Assembly: GCA_027623675.1 (NCBI GenBank)
Contig: JAQBVF010000011.1
Coordinates: forward strand, 29,204-93,203
Direction of reading: 5' to 3'
DNA length: 64,000 bases
From: Chloroflexota bacterium
GTDB taxonomy: Bacteria > Chloroflexota > Dehalococcoidia > Lucifugimonadales > UBA3495
Under the pieces are notes generated by a model that was given only the letters and a program-made list of their open reading frames with translations, was not told where the DNA came from and made no database searches. The translations under genes and the position numbers were made by a program. This document shows, piece by piece, positions 20,198-30,905 of the stretch (its first letter is position 1; the number at the start of each line of letters is the position of its first letter).

Positions 20198-21970
20198 ATG
20201 TTAGAACACGGATCCCTTGAGATTGACAGCGTGGACGAGGCCCAAGCCCACCGTCACGCCATGCGCCACTCGGCCGCTCACGTGATGGCCGACGCCGTCC
20301 TGAAACTGTTTCCCGAAGCCAAGATGGGCATCGGCCCGCCCACCCAAGACGGTTTCTACTACGACTTCGACGTCTCCCGCCCCTTCACGCCGGAGGACCT
20401 GGAGGAGATCGAGAAGCTGATGAAAGAGACCATCAGCGGCGGCTTCCCATTCCAGCGGGAAGACCTGAGCCGGGCGGACGCCGAGGCCATGTTCGCCGAT
20501 CAGCCCTACAAGATCGAGTTGATCGAGGGACTGCCCGACGACGCCGTGATCTCCATCTACAAACACGATAGATTCGTCGACCTGTGCCAGGGCCCCCACG
20601 TGCATGGCACCTCCGACATCCCGGCCATGAAGTTGCTAAGCGTGGCGGGCGCCTACTGGCGGGGCGACGAGAAACGCCCCATGCTGCAACGCATCTACGG
20701 CACCGCCTTCGAGTCGGAAGCCGGGCTGGCGGAGCACCTGGAACGGTTGGAAGAGGCCGAGCGCCGCGACCACCGGACCTTGGGCCGCCAACTAAACCTG
20801 TTCAGCGTCCACGAAGAGATCGGCCCGGGCCTGATCGTCTGGCACCCAAAGGGAGGGCGGGTCAGGTCCATCGTGGAGGACTACTGGAAGGCCCTCCACT
20901 ACCGGCTGGGGTACGACGTGGTCTACTCGCCCCACATCGGCCGTGCCCAACTGTGGGAGACCAGCGGCCACCTGGACTTCTACAAAGAGAATATGTACGC
21001 CGCCGTGGAAGTGGACGAGCAAGAATACTACCTGAAGCCAATGAACTGCCCCTTCCACATCGCCATCTACCGGTCGGCGCTGCACAGCTACCGGGAATTG
21101 CCGCTGCGGTTCGCCGAACTGGGCACCGTCTACCGCTACGAACGCAGCGGCGTGCTGCACGGGCTGATGCGGGTGCGGGGTTTCACCCAGGACGACGCCC
21201 ATATCTTCTGCACGCCGGACCAGGTGGAGGACGAGGTCGGCGGAGTCTTGGAGTTGACCTTCGAGCTATTGGGCGCCTTCGGGTTCTCCGACTATTCCAT
21301 CGCCCTGTCCACCCGCCCAGAGAAGTACGTGGGCGACCTGGACATGTGGGAGCACGCCACCGCCTCGCTGCAGGGGGCGCTGGAGAAACGCGGTCTGCCC
21401 TTCACCGTTGATGACGGCGGCGGAGCGTTCTACGGACCCAAGATCGACATCAATATCACCGACGCCCTGGGCCGGGCCTGGCAGTGCACCACGGTGCAGT
21501 TCGACTTCAACCTGCCCCAGCGGTTCGAGTTGACCTACCAGGACGCGGAGGGCGGCCGCAGTCAACCGTACATGGTGCACCGGGCCATATTGGGCTCCAT
21601 GGAGCGGTTCTTGGGTGTGCTGATAGAACACTACGGAGGGGCGTTCCCGGCTTGGCTCGCGCCGGTGCAGGCGGTCCTGATCCCCATCGCCGACCGGCAC
21701 ATAGAGTATTGCCAATCAGTATCGGCGGCCATGGAGACCGCCGGGTTCCGGACCGAGGTGGACACCCGCGGCGAGCGGATGAACCAGAAGATACGCACCG
21801 CCAATGCCCAAAAGGTGCCCTACATGCTGGTGGTGGGCGACCGGGAGCAGGAAGCCGGCGCGGTAGCCGTGCGCCAACGCGGCGGCGAAGACCTGGGCGC
21901 CATGCCCCTGGCCGACTTCATGGCCCACCTGGCCGAAGAAGCGGCGGTCCCCAAGGGGTCGGCGCGGTAG
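20198..21970 (+). CDS. thrS: Threonine--tRNA ligase (short form without N-terminal TGS domain)
   Basis: RHSAAH, DLCQGPH, RDHRTLG, KPMNCP, RVRGFTQDD, FYGPKID, HRAILGS. Confidence 0.97.
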   Translation: MLEHGSLEIDSVDEAQAHRHAMRHSAAHVMADAVLKLFPEAKMGIGPPTQDGFYYDFDVSRPFTPEDLEEIEKLMKETISGGFPFQREDLSRADAEAMFADQPYKIELIEGLPDDAVISIYKHDRFVDLCQGPHVHGTSDIPAMKLLSVAGAYWRGDEKRPMLQRIYGTAFESEAGLAEHLERLEEAERRDHRTLGRQLNLFSVHEEIGPGLIVWHPKGGRVRSIVEDYWKALHYRLGYDVVYSPHIGRAQLWETSGHLDFYKENMYAAVEVDEQEYYLKPMNCPFHIAIYRSALHSYRELPLRFAELGTVYRYERSGVLHGLMRVRGFTQDDAHIFCTPDQVEDEVGGVLELTFELLGAFGFSDYSIALSTRPEKYVGDLDMWEHATASLQGALEKRGLPFTVDDGGGAFYGPKIDINITDALGRAWQCTTVQFDFNLPQRFELTYQDAEGGRSQPYMVHRAILGSMERFLGVLIEHYGGAFPAWLAPVQAVLIPIADRHIEYCQSVSAAMETAGFRTEVDTRGERMNQKIRTANAQKVPYMLVVGDREQEAGAVAVRQRGGEDLGAMPLADFMAHLAEEAAVPKGSAR

Positions 21971-21977
21971 AATGTCG

Positions 21978-22024
21978 CCCGGTGGAATATTTCCTGCAGT
22001 TCTAACAAGAAATATTCTCCCGGG
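21978..22024. terminator. Imperfect inverted repeat between convergent thrS and the antitoxin gene
   Basis: cccggtggaatatttc ... gaaatattctcccggg (14 of 16 complementary). Confidence 0.45.
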
Positions 22025-22062
22025 TTGGCGTGGCTAAGGCTGTCAGATGCCGCGGTTAATAG

Positions 22063-22353
22063 TCAGCGGCCCTTCTCGACCAGACGGCCATCAACATACT
22101 TGTGCAAAACACTGCCGATCAAGGTCTGGTAGGGAATGCCTTCTTCTAGAGCCCGGACCTGTAGCGCGTCCAGGTCCTTCTTTGAGATACGGATATTTAC
22201 CCGCATGTCTTTCTTGAACGTGGCGCGGGCATACTCTCGGTAGCGATCGGCCTCTTTCGCTAAGTCCGCAACAGGCGTCCACTCATCCTGGTCGAATGAC
22301 TCCAGCAATTCCTTTTCTTCTTTGTCTAGCTTAACTTGATCGAGCTTGTCCAT
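22063..22353 (-). CDS. Antitoxin with CopG/RHH-like C-terminus
   Basis: KKDMRVNIRIS..DL..LQ.RA.EEGIPYQTLI pattern; directly downstream of the toxin. Confidence 0.85.
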   Translation of the reverse strand: MDKLDQVKLDKEEKELLESFDQDEWTPVADLAKEADRYREYARATFKKDMRVNIRISKKDLDALQVRALEEGIPYQTLIGSVLHKYVDGRLVEKGR

Positions 22354-22356
22354 GGT

Positions 22357-22632
22357 TTAACCTTGCCTCAGGTAGGTATTGGTCGCCTTACGGCTGGGAA
22401 TCACCGTTTTCAGAAATATCCCGGTTTCGCTTTCGACAAACGGAACCAAGTACGCGTAGTCGTCGATCTCAATCACAAAGATCCGTTGACCTGGATAGCG
22501 GTCCTGATTGGGATGCTCGAGGATGTCCAGCACACCGCCGCGGTCAAACTGAGAGGTTACCTCCTCGAACGAAACTCCCCGTTCTCTTTTCAAAGTTTCG
22601 TTCTTATCGGCGTTCCAATCGAAATGCTTCAC
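22357..22632 (-). CDS. BrnT-like type II toxin
   Basis: FDWNADKNETLKRERGVSFEEV, HPNQDRYPGQ, FLKTVIPSRKAT. Confidence 0.85.
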   Translation of the reverse strand: MKHFDWNADKNETLKRERGVSFEEVTSQFDRGGVLDILEHPNQDRYPGQRIFVIEIDDYAYLVPFVESETGIFLKTVIPSRKATNTYLRQG

Positions 22633-22661
22633 TGATTAAAATTTATCACGTTGTGTGCCTT

Positions 22662-22671
22662 TTGTATACAA
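22662..22671. promoter_or_regulatory. Palindromic operator candidate for toxin-antitoxin autoregulation
   Basis: TTGTATACAA perfect palindrome about 30 nt upstream of the toxin start, in an AT-rich spacer. Confidence 0.45.
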
Positions 22672-22682
22672 TTTGGTATACC

Positions 22683-23672
22683 CTACCCGCTGAACTGGGC
22701 GGTCCAGGACGGCTCGCCGCCGTCGATGACCCGCTGGATGTTGGCGAAGGCGTTGGCGGCGCGTTTGGGGATGGACTCCAGCGTTGGGCCGGCGGTGTGG
22801 GGCGTGATAATGACGTTGTCCAAGGCCAGCAGCGGGTGACCGGCCGGCGGCGGCTCCTTCTCCAAAACGTCCAACCCCGCCGCCGCGATGACGCCGGAGG
22901 TTAGCGCCTCTGCCAGATCGGCCTCGTCGATGATGCCGCCCCGGCTGGTGTTGATGATCACCGCGCTGGGTTTCATCATCCCAAGTTGCTCCTTGCTGAT
23001 CATCCCCCGCGTCTCCCCCGTCAGCGGCACGTGGATGCTGAGCACATCGGAGGTCTTGAGCAACTCTTCAAAGCCCACCGACTTCACACCCAACTCCTGT
23101 TCCTCGCTGGCCGAGAGCTGGGCGAACCTGTCGTAGTACTGGACCTCGGCATCGAAAGCGCGGGACCGTTTGGCCACTTTCTTGGCGATATTGCCGATGC
23201 CGATCAGGCCCAGGGTCTTGCCCTCGAACTCGAAAACGTCGGGCCGCCGTTCCTGGCTGGCGCGCCATCCCCCGGCCTTCACGTTGTTGGCATTGGTCAC
23301 CAGTTTCTTGAGGGTGGCCAAGATCAGCATCATTGTATGCTCGGCCACCGCCACGCTGTTGGCGCCTCCATTGTTGGCCACCGGTATGCCCAGTTCCGCC
23401 GCCAAAGCCAGGTTCATCTTGTCGTAGCCGGCGCTGAGCAACTGCACCAGCTTGCATTTCTTGGCCGCGCGCAGGACGTCGTCGGACAGAACGGCCGGCC
23501 AGATGATCAGGTAATCGGCGTCCGACACCAGCTCCATCTGCTCGCCCTCGCTGGTTCCCAGTGGCTGGGAGATCACCTCCATGCCCGGCAGTTGCTGGCC
23601 GGCAACCACCTGCCTGAGTTCGGCATCCAGATCCGTGAAACAAACCACTTTCGCTGCAGCCATCTTGTTCAT
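22683..23672 (-). CDS. D-isomer-specific 2-hydroxyacid dehydrogenase
   Basis: [38 protein letters not shown]. Confidence 0.93.
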   Translation of the reverse strand: MNKMAAAKVVCFTDLDAELRQVVAGQQLPGMEVISQPLGTSEGEQMELVSDADYLIIWPAVLSDDVLRAAKKCKLVQLLSAGYDKMNLALAAELGIPVANNGGANSVAVAEHTMMLILATLKKLVTNANNVKAGGWRASQERRPDVFEFEGKTLGLIGIGNIAKKVAKRSRAFDAEVQYYDRFAQLSASEEQELGVKSVGFEELLKTSDVLSIHVPLTGETRGMISKEQLGMMKPSAVIINTSRGGIIDEADLAEALTSGVIAAAGLDVLEKEPPPAGHPLLALDNVIITPHTAGPTLESIPKRAANAFANIQRVIDGGEPSWTAQFSG

Positions 23673-23681
23673 CCCCTCTTT

Positions 23682-23739
23682 CCTACCAGATCGGGCCTAC
23701 CAGATCGGGCCTACCAGATCGGGCCGGCCAGATCGGGCC
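23682..23739. repeat. 14-bp tandem repeat, about 4 copies
   Basis: (cctaccagatcggg)x3 followed by ccggccagatcggg. Confidence 0.9.
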
Positions 23740-23866
23740 GTGTCGCTTGTACATGAAGTATAACCAGATTCCAGCCCTGGCATTCGACCACGATTTCGCC
23801 GACAATACTCCCCAACCCGTTTCACGGAATCTACGCCGCCGCCGGCGGTTCTCATATAGGTGCATC

Positions 23867-25906
23867 ATGCCCAACAGGTTGATACAAGAGACCAGCCCCT
23901 ATCTGCTGCAGCACGCCAACAACCCCGTGGACTGGTATCCCTGGGGCGAAGAAGCGCTGGAACGGGCCAAGAACGAAGACAAGCCCATCCTGCTCAGCAT
24001 CGGCTACTCCGCCTGCCATTGGTGCCACGTGATGGAGCGGGAGTCATTCGAGAACGAAGCCATCGCCCAGCTGATGAACGACCACTTCGTCAGCATCAAG
24101 GTCGACCGGGAGGAGCGTCCCGACCTGGACGCCGTCTACATGGAGGCGGTGCAGATGCTGACCGGCAGCGGCGGTTGGCCGATGACCGTATTCCTGACCC
24201 CCGATGGCCGCCCATTCTACGGCGGCACCTATTTCCCGCCCGTCGACCGCCACAACATGCCCGGATTCCCCCGGCTGCTCCAGTCGGTGGCCCAGTCGTA
24301 CCACAACAGCCGCGACGAGATCGACCGGGTGACGTCCCAACTCACCGCCCAGATGGGCCGCACCGGACAGATGCCCAAGGGAGACTCGCCGCTGACGGTG
24401 GAGACTCTGCATCAGGCCTACACCACCTTGGCGACCAACTTCGATTACCAGAACGGCGGCACCGGCACCGCCCCCAAATTCCCCCAGGCCATGAACCTGG
24501 AGGTGCTGCTCCGCTATCACCGCCACGGCTACAACGACCGAGCCCTGGAGATGGTGGACCTGACCCTGGAGAAGATGGCCCGGGGCGGCATCTACGACCA
24601 GATCGCAGGGGGGTTCGCCCGCTACTCCACCGATGCCTACTGGCTGGTGCCCCACTTCGAGAAGATGCTCTACGATAACGCCCTTCTGGCCCGCCTCTAC
24701 CTGCACGCCCACCAGGCCACCGGCCGGGGCATGTACCGGCGCATCACCGAGGAGACGCTGGACTACATTCTCAGAGAGATGACCGGCCCCGAAGGCGGTT
24801 TCTACTCGGCCACCGACGCTGACAGCGAGGGCGAAGAGGGCAAGTTCTTCGTCTGGTCGCCCGACGAGATCGAGGCAGCGCTCGGTAAGGACGAGGCCCT
24901 GATTTTCAGCGGGTTCTTCGGCGTCACCCACGCCGGCAATTTCGAGGGCAAGAACATCTTGAACATCCCCCGCAAGGCCACCGAATACGCCCGGCAGCAC
25001 GGGGTGTCTCTGGACCGGCTGGTGGACGTGGTGCTTCGGGGCAAGCTGGCGCTCTGGGCCGAACGCGAGAAGCGGGTTCATCCACTATTGGACGACAAGG
25101 TCTTGGCGTCCTGGAACGGGATGATGCTCCGCAGTTTCGCGGAGGCGGGCGCGGCGCTGGGACGCCAGGACTACCTAGACGCCGCTGTCAAGAACGCCAA
25201 CTTCCTTCTGGAGACCATGCGGCCCGGAAACACCCTGCTCCGCACCTACCGGGAGGGCCAGGCCAAGCTGCCGGGCTTCCTGGAAGACTACTCCTTCGTG
25301 GCCGACGGCCTGCTGGCACTGTACGAGGCGACTTTTGAACGGCGCTGGCTGGACGAATCGGTCCACCTGGCCGACCGGATGATCGATCTGTTCTGGGACG
25401 ACGAGGTGGGCGGCTTCTACGACACCAGCGCCGAACACGACCAACTGGTGGTCCGCCCGAGGGACGTTCTGGATAACGCCCAGCCCTGCGGCGGCTCGGT
25501 GGCCACCGACGTGCTGCTCAAGCTGGCAGTGATCACCGGCAACGAAGACTACCGCGCAAAGGCCGCCACGCCGCTCCGCACCCTGCGCGAGTTGATGGGC
25601 CGCGCCCCCGCCGGCACCGGGCATTGGCTGGCCGCGCTGGACTTCTATGTGTCCTCGCCCAAAGAGGTGGTGATCATCGGCCCCCGCGATGACCCAGCCA
25701 CCGCCGCACTGCTGCGCACCGTCAACGGCGGCTTCCACCCCAATAAGGTCCTGGTGGGCGCCGAAAACCAGGGCGAGCACGGCCTGCCCCTGCTGGAAGC
25801 CCGCGGCATGATCGACGGGAAGCCCACCGCCTACGTCTGCCAGAACTACGCCTGCCAATTGCCGGTGACCACGCCGGAGGCGTTGGCGGCCCAGTTGGAG
25901 GGTTAG
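23867..25906 (+). CDS. YyaL/SSP411 (DUF255) thioredoxin-domain protein
   Basis: [58 protein letters not shown]. Confidence 0.95.
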   Translation: MPNRLIQETSPYLLQHANNPVDWYPWGEEALERAKNEDKPILLSIGYSACHWCHVMERESFENEAIAQLMNDHFVSIKVDREERPDLDAVYMEAVQMLTGSGGWPMTVFLTPDGRPFYGGTYFPPVDRHNMPGFPRLLQSVAQSYHNSRDEIDRVTSQLTAQMGRTGQMPKGDSPLTVETLHQAYTTLATNFDYQNGGTGTAPKFPQAMNLEVLLRYHRHGYNDRALEMVDLTLEKMARGGIYDQIAGGFARYSTDAYWLVPHFEKMLYDNALLARLYLHAHQATGRGMYRRITEETLDYILREMTGPEGGFYSATDADSEGEEGKFFVWSPDEIEAALGKDEALIFSGFFGVTHAGNFEGKNILNIPRKATEYARQHGVSLDRLVDVVLRGKLALWAEREKRVHPLLDDKVLASWNGMMLRSFAEAGAALGRQDYLDAAVKNANFLLETMRPGNTLLRTYREGQAKLPGFLEDYSFVADGLLALYEATFERRWLDESVHLADRMIDLFWDDEVGGFYDTSAEHDQLVVRPRDVLDNAQPCGGSVATDVLLKLAVITGNEDYRAKAATPLRTLRELMGRAPAGTGHWLAALDFYVSSPKEVVIIGPRDDPATAALLRTVNGGFHPNKVLVGAENQGEHGLPLLEARGMIDGKPTAYVCQNYACQLPVTTPEALAAQLEG

Positions 25907-26039
25907 GGACGAGAGAATTCAAGCGCAATGGCCCTTTTAGAATCCACTCGTGGCCTGATAGAATCGAGGCAATATTACAAGCCAACGCCGGGCGGACCGG
26001 CATCTGGCATCCGGCAGGAGACAACACAGGAGACAAGAT

Positions 26040-27167
26040 TTGACCAGCACGAATAAGGACCCGATCTTGGTCGTGGTCCAGTTGACCGGCGGCAACGACT
26101 ACATGAACACGGTCATCCCCTATGAGAACCCGCTCTATTATGACAACCGGACGACCGTCGGAGTGGCCCAAGACGACGTTCTGCCCATCGGCCAGGGCCT
26201 GGCCCTGAACCCCGCCCTGAAGGCGGTGAAGGACCTCTACGACGAAGGCAAAGTGGCCGTGATCAACGGCATCGGCTACCCCGGCCCCAACCGGTCCCAC
26301 TTCCGCTCCATGGACATCTGGCACACCTGCGAGCCGGCGAAGGTCGGCACCGAAGGCTGGCTGGGCCGGGCCATACGCGACCTTGACCCCAAAGCTGAGA
26401 ACGTGCTCACCGGGGTCAACTTCGGCCGGGGTCTGCCCCGCGCCATGGCCCTCACCGGCGTTCCGGTGGCCTCGGTGGCGGTGTTGGAGACCTACGGCGT
26501 GTTGACCGGCATCTCCGGCGTGGACGAACGGGCGCAGGCGCTGGACCTGTTCGCCAGGATGTACTCGCCCATCATGGGCGCCGGCCCGGTGATGGACTAC
26601 CTGGGCTCCACCGGTCTGGACGCGCTGAAAGGCGCCGATATCCTTAAGACCGTCCCCGCCCGGTACCAGTCTGGCGTGGAGTATGCCAACTCGACCATCG
26701 GCCGGAACCTTCAGGGCATCGCCAAGGTGCTGACCGCCAACCTGGGCACGCGGGTGTTCTACACCCAACAGCCCGGCTACGACACCCACGCCAACCAGGG
26801 GCCGGTGCACGGCGTACTCCTGGCCCACCTGTCCCAGGCGATCAGCGACTTCTACGACGACCTGAGGGAGCATGACGCTTCCGAGAACGTGCTGATCTAC
26901 CTGTTCACCGAGTTCGGCCGGCGGGTCAAGGACAACGGCTCGGGCACCGACCACGGGGCCGGCGGAATGGCGATGGCCATCGGCGACCCGGTGAAGGGCG
27001 GCATCTACAGCGAGTTCCCTTCCATGCGCCCCGAAGACCTGGAAGAGGGCGACCTTAAGTACAATATCGACTTCCGCGGCGTCTACGGCGCCATGGCCGA
27101 GAAGTGGCTGGGACTGGACGCGCAAAGCATCGTGGGCGGGAACTTCGAGCAACTGGACTTCGTTTAA
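26040..27167 (+). CDS. DUF1501 domain protein
   Basis: LVVVQLTGGND, NRSHFRS, GWLGR, GYDTH, TEFGRR, GTDHG. Confidence 0.9.
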   Translation: MTSTNKDPILVVVQLTGGNDYMNTVIPYENPLYYDNRTTVGVAQDDVLPIGQGLALNPALKAVKDLYDEGKVAVINGIGYPGPNRSHFRSMDIWHTCEPAKVGTEGWLGRAIRDLDPKAENVLTGVNFGRGLPRAMALTGVPVASVAVLETYGVLTGISGVDERAQALDLFARMYSPIMGAGPVMDYLGSTGLDALKGADILKTVPARYQSGVEYANSTIGRNLQGIAKVLTANLGTRVFYTQQPGYDTHANQGPVHGVLLAHLSQAISDFYDDLREHDASENVLIYLFTEFGRRVKDNGSGTDHGAGGMAMAIGDPVKGGIYSEFPSMRPEDLEEGDLKYNIDFRGVYGAMAEKWLGLDAQSIVGGNFEQLDFV

Positions 27168-27214
27168 TCTGTCCCGGCCTACTGGCCGGGCAATATCACA
27201 GGAGACCTAGAACA

Positions 27215-28660
27215 ATGCCAGAGACCGATAGGGCTCTGATGGCGCATCTGCTGCGCCGCGCCGGATTCGGCGCCACCTTCCAAGAACTGGACCGCTACTG
27301 CCAATTGGGCTACGAGGGCGCCGTCGCGGAGATCTTAAATCCGGAGCAGCGCCCGGCCATCGAAGAGGACGTGCTGGAGCGGTACTACATCGACTGGAAG
27401 GAGAGCCGCAACATCGAAGGCGCTCTCACCGAGTCCGTATACCGCATGAACGCCTACGCCGGGTTGCGTCCGTTGCAGGAGAAGATCGCCCTGTTCTGGC
27501 ACGGCGTTTTCGCCACCGGCCTGGCCAAGGTGCTCCACGAGAAGACCATGCTCAACCAGATAGACCTCTTCCGGGAGTCTGGCCTGGGCAACTTTCGGGA
27601 CCTGCTGGTGCAGTTGGCCCGGGACCCGGCCATGATCTTCTGGCTGGACAACAATTTCAACCACAAGGATGCTCCCAACGAGAACTGGGGCCGGGAGCTG
27701 CTGGAGCTGTTCTCCCTTGGCGTGGGAATGGACGGCCATGAGAATTACACCGAGAACGACGTGAAAGAGGCCGCGAGGGCCTTCACCGGCTGGACCATCG
27801 ACGATGACAACGTGGCTTCCCTGCCCTTCGGCAAGATGCCCTGGCAGTTCCGTTACCTGCCCGAGGACCATGACGACGGCGAGAAGACCTTCATGGGCCA
27901 CACCGGCAACTTCAACGGCGAAGACATCATCGACATCATCGTGCGGCAGCCGGCCACGGCCCGGTTCATCTCCCGCCACCTGTACAACTTCTTCGTGGCC
28001 GACGAGCCACAGGTACCGGCCTGGCAGCACACGCCGCCCGGCGACCCGGAAGCCATCAGGCTGTTGGAAGAAGAATATTTCCGCTCCAACTACAACATCC
28101 GGTCGATGCTCGGAGTTCTGTTCAACTCTGAATTCTTCAAGTCGGAGAAAGCCAGGTTCGCCAAGGTGAAGAGTCCCGCGGAGGTCGTTGTTGGCACCCT
28201 CCATCTGCTGGGCGATTTCACCTTCCCCAAGCGGGGCATCTTCGAAGTGGCCCTGGGTTGCCGCTACATGGGTCAGGACATCTTGAATCCGCCGTCGGTT
28301 GAAGGCTGGCACACCGGCGAGGAATGGATCGACAGCGGGAGCCTGGTGGAGCGGGTCAACTTCGTCGCCGACCAGGTGGGCGACATCCAACAGCCCGGCG
28401 TCAGAGCCATGGTGGACGCACTGCTGGACCAGACCACCGAGCTTGACCCCGAGTCGATCATCGACGGCTGCCTGGCTCTCATGGGCCATGTTTATCTCCA
28501 CGAGAAGAACCGGGCCCACCTTGCCGGTCAGATCAGGACCATGCTGGAACAGCGCAGCGAAATGGCGGCGGGCAGCCCCGAGGAACGCCGGTCGGCCGAA
28601 GGCACGGTGCTCCACTGCATGAAGATGATTGGATCCACTCGGGAGTACCAGTTCGCTTAA
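27215..28660 (+). CDS. DUF1800 domain protein
   Basis: AHLLRRAGFG, LQEKIALFWH, PNENWGRELLELFSLG, AARAFTGW, PPSVEGW. Confidence 0.9.
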   Translation: MPETDRALMAHLLRRAGFGATFQELDRYCQLGYEGAVAEILNPEQRPAIEEDVLERYYIDWKESRNIEGALTESVYRMNAYAGLRPLQEKIALFWHGVFATGLAKVLHEKTMLNQIDLFRESGLGNFRDLLVQLARDPAMIFWLDNNFNHKDAPNENWGRELLELFSLGVGMDGHENYTENDVKEAARAFTGWTIDDDNVASLPFGKMPWQFRYLPEDHDDGEKTFMGHTGNFNGEDIIDIIVRQPATARFISRHLYNFFVADEPQVPAWQHTPPGDPEAIRLLEEEYFRSNYNIRSMLGVLFNSEFFKSEKARFAKVKSPAEVVVGTLHLLGDFTFPKRGIFEVALGCRYMGQDILNPPSVEGWHTGEEWIDSGSLVERVNFVADQVGDIQQPGVRAMVDALLDQTTELDPESIIDGCLALMGHVYLHEKNRAHLAGQIRTMLEQRSEMAAGSPEERRSAEGTVLHCMKMIGSTREYQFA

Positions 28661-28662
28661 TC

Positions 28663-29670
28663 ATGACCACCGAAACTGAAAATCCCGTCTCCCAACAAGG
28701 GCTCTACCGGTACCACGATGTCATCGGCCTGCTTTCGCCGGCCGGGCCCGGGTTCAGCGGCCCCGTGGCCGTAACCACCGGTCCCGACGGCATGCTCTAC
28801 GTCGCCAGCCGGGCCAACCCCAACCAGCAAGAGGGTGTGCGGGTCTCCCGCTGCACCAAGGACGGCGACTTCCTAGGCCAGTTTGGGACCTGGGGCGAGG
28901 AGCCCGGCGAGTTCATCTGGGTCACGTCCATCGCCTTCAGTCCGGCTGATGAGGTCTACGTCGCCGACGAGAATACCCACCGCATCAGCATCTTTGAGAA
29001 AGACGGGGACGGAGGACGCAGGTTCTCCCGCAGCATCGGCGAGCATGGCAGTGGCCCCGGGCAGATTGACCGCCCATCGGGGCTGGCTTTCGGTCCCAAC
29101 GGCAACCTCTACGTCGTGGACACCATGAACCACCGGGTGCAGATGCTCACCCCCGAAGGCGGCTTCCTATCCCAATGGGGCGAGATTGGCAGCGGTCAAG
29201 GCCAGTTCAGCATGCCCTGGGGCATCGCCATCGACCAAGCCGGCGACGTTTACATCACCGATTGGCGGAACGACCGGGTACAGAAGTTCGACTCCGAAGG
29301 CCGGTTCCTGATGGCCTTTGGCGGTTCGGGCGACGGCGAAGGGCAGTTCAACCGTCCCAACGGCATCGCCGTGGACAGCCAGGGGGACATCTACGTCTGT
29401 GACTGGATGAACGACCGGGTGCAGGTGTTCGGCCAAGACGGCGCTTTCAAAGACATACTTATCGGCCACGGCGGCATGTCCAAGTGGGCCCGGACATTCC
29501 TGAACGCCAGCCCCGAGATTGAGCGCAAATTGGAACTGGCCGTCCAGAACATCGAGCCTAAGCGCCGTTTCTACCGCCCGGTGGCGGTGCACGTGGACAA
29601 CGACGGCCTGGTGTACGTAGCCGACTGCTACCGCCACCGCGTCCAGATCTATCAGAAACTCCAGGTTTAG
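28663..29670 (+). CDS. NHL-repeat beta-propeller protein
   Basis: Repeated GQFxxPxGIAxD..G.IYVxDxxNxRVQ units. Confidence 0.9.
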   Translation: MTTETENPVSQQGLYRYHDVIGLLSPAGPGFSGPVAVTTGPDGMLYVASRANPNQQEGVRVSRCTKDGDFLGQFGTWGEEPGEFIWVTSIAFSPADEVYVADENTHRISIFEKDGDGGRRFSRSIGEHGSGPGQIDRPSGLAFGPNGNLYVVDTMNHRVQMLTPEGGFLSQWGEIGSGQGQFSMPWGIAIDQAGDVYITDWRNDRVQKFDSEGRFLMAFGGSGDGEGQFNRPNGIAVDSQGDIYVCDWMNDRVQVFGQDGAFKDILIGHGGMSKWARTFLNASPEIERKLELAVQNIEPKRRFYRPVAVHVDNDGLVYVADCYRHRVQIYQKLQV

Positions 29671-29695
29671 AACCCTGGGCTGAAAAACCCGCGGC

Positions 29696-30628
29696 TTATC
29701 TGAACCTGGAACGGAAATATTCCGTCACCCGGCTAACGTACTCGTCGGGAAAAGTCAGGAAAGCGTCCACATGGCCCACACCGGGCGCCCGCCACAGGAA
29801 GCTCCCATCTTCCGCCGCTGCCACGACCCGCTTACCGTGCTCCACGGGTATCCGCTCGTCCTCCGTGCCGTGGATGACCAACACCGGATACCCGAGGTCG
29901 GCCACCGCTCGCTCTGGAACCAGTTCCCCCACGTCTATACCGTAGATGGCATTGGCCATCAGCTTGGCGGCCGGGATGAAGACCGGGACCAGCCATTCGG
30001 GAAACGGCGTCTTCCGGGCCGACTCCCGTGCGATCAGGTCTGATGCGTCGGCGTAAGGACTATCCGCGGCCACGGCAGTGATGCCCGGCTCTTCAGCCGC
30101 CGCCAATATCGAGGTGGCCGCCCCCATGGAGAACCCCATAAGCCCGATCTGACCAACGCCGCCCGGTCCGCCATCCCGCTCTACCAGGTAATCGAAGGCT
30201 CCCAGAACATCCCACTGCTCGAAATAACCGCCCGACACCTTGTCGCCCCCGGACGAGCCGTGGCCCCGCAGGTCGAACATGAGCACGTTGTACCCCCGCT
30301 CCACCATTCGGGCCGCCAACGCCACCGCGCCGTCACCGGAGCGAACGCTGCCGTTGCCGTGGACGAATATCAGGTGGGGGCCGGCGTCGTCTCCCGGCAG
30401 GTACCAGCCGCTGAGCGATACATCACCGCGCCGGGATGGAAATTCCACGTCTTCGAACTTCAGTGCGTAATTGGCGGGATGGTCTTCCTGGGGGTCCCGG
30501 TCGGCAGTGGTGACGCCCCGGGCGATCAGGAACGACACTAGGCCGTAAACCACCGCCAAAGTCACCAAACCTGCCAAACCCGCCAGACCGAAAACCCGGT
30601 AACCCCGCCCGGTCGTTGAACGTTGCAT
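29696..30628 (-). CDS. Membrane-anchored alpha/beta hydrolase
   Basis: N-terminal TM; FDLRGHGSS, GFSMG nucleophile, IHGTEDERI, GH; GGAG RBS before ATG 30628. Confidence 0.88.
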   Translation of the reverse strand: MQRSTTGRGYRVFGLAGLAGLVTLAVVYGLVSFLIARGVTTADRDPQEDHPANYALKFEDVEFPSRRGDVSLSGWYLPGDDAGPHLIFVHGNGSVRSGDGAVALAARMVERGYNVLMFDLRGHGSSGGDKVSGGYFEQWDVLGAFDYLVERDGGPGGVGQIGLMGFSMGAATSILAAAEEPGITAVAADSPYADASDLIARESARKTPFPEWLVPVFIPAAKLMANAIYGIDVGELVPERAVADLGYPVLVIHGTEDERIPVEHGKRVVAAAEDGSFLWRAPGVGHVDAFLTFPDEYVSRVTEYFRSRFR

Positions 30629-30905
30629 ATCGTTCTCCGGAAGCAGCTCTACGCAGGTCGAACGGAGCCCCATAAGCCCCATATCTGTAGCTTCTGCACC
30701 AGTATATCCATCCGAAGCTGTTGCCCGAACGGCCCGATCGAAGTTCAAGCAATCCCGAGATTCCGCTGCCTGGCTCCCACTCGGGACTAGGCATGTCAAT
30801 ATACCTAACATATAATCGGAACTGGTTCATATGACCGGGACGATGATCAAACATCTCCTGGCGGCTCTCAGCAGCCCGTGAAACTCGTCTATTAAGGGGA
30901 AGAAT

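Noticed and set aside
23682..23739. CRISPR array (also considered 48840-49126 and 59142-59207)
   Set aside because: Units are 13-19 bp and contiguous, with no unique spacers and no cas genes
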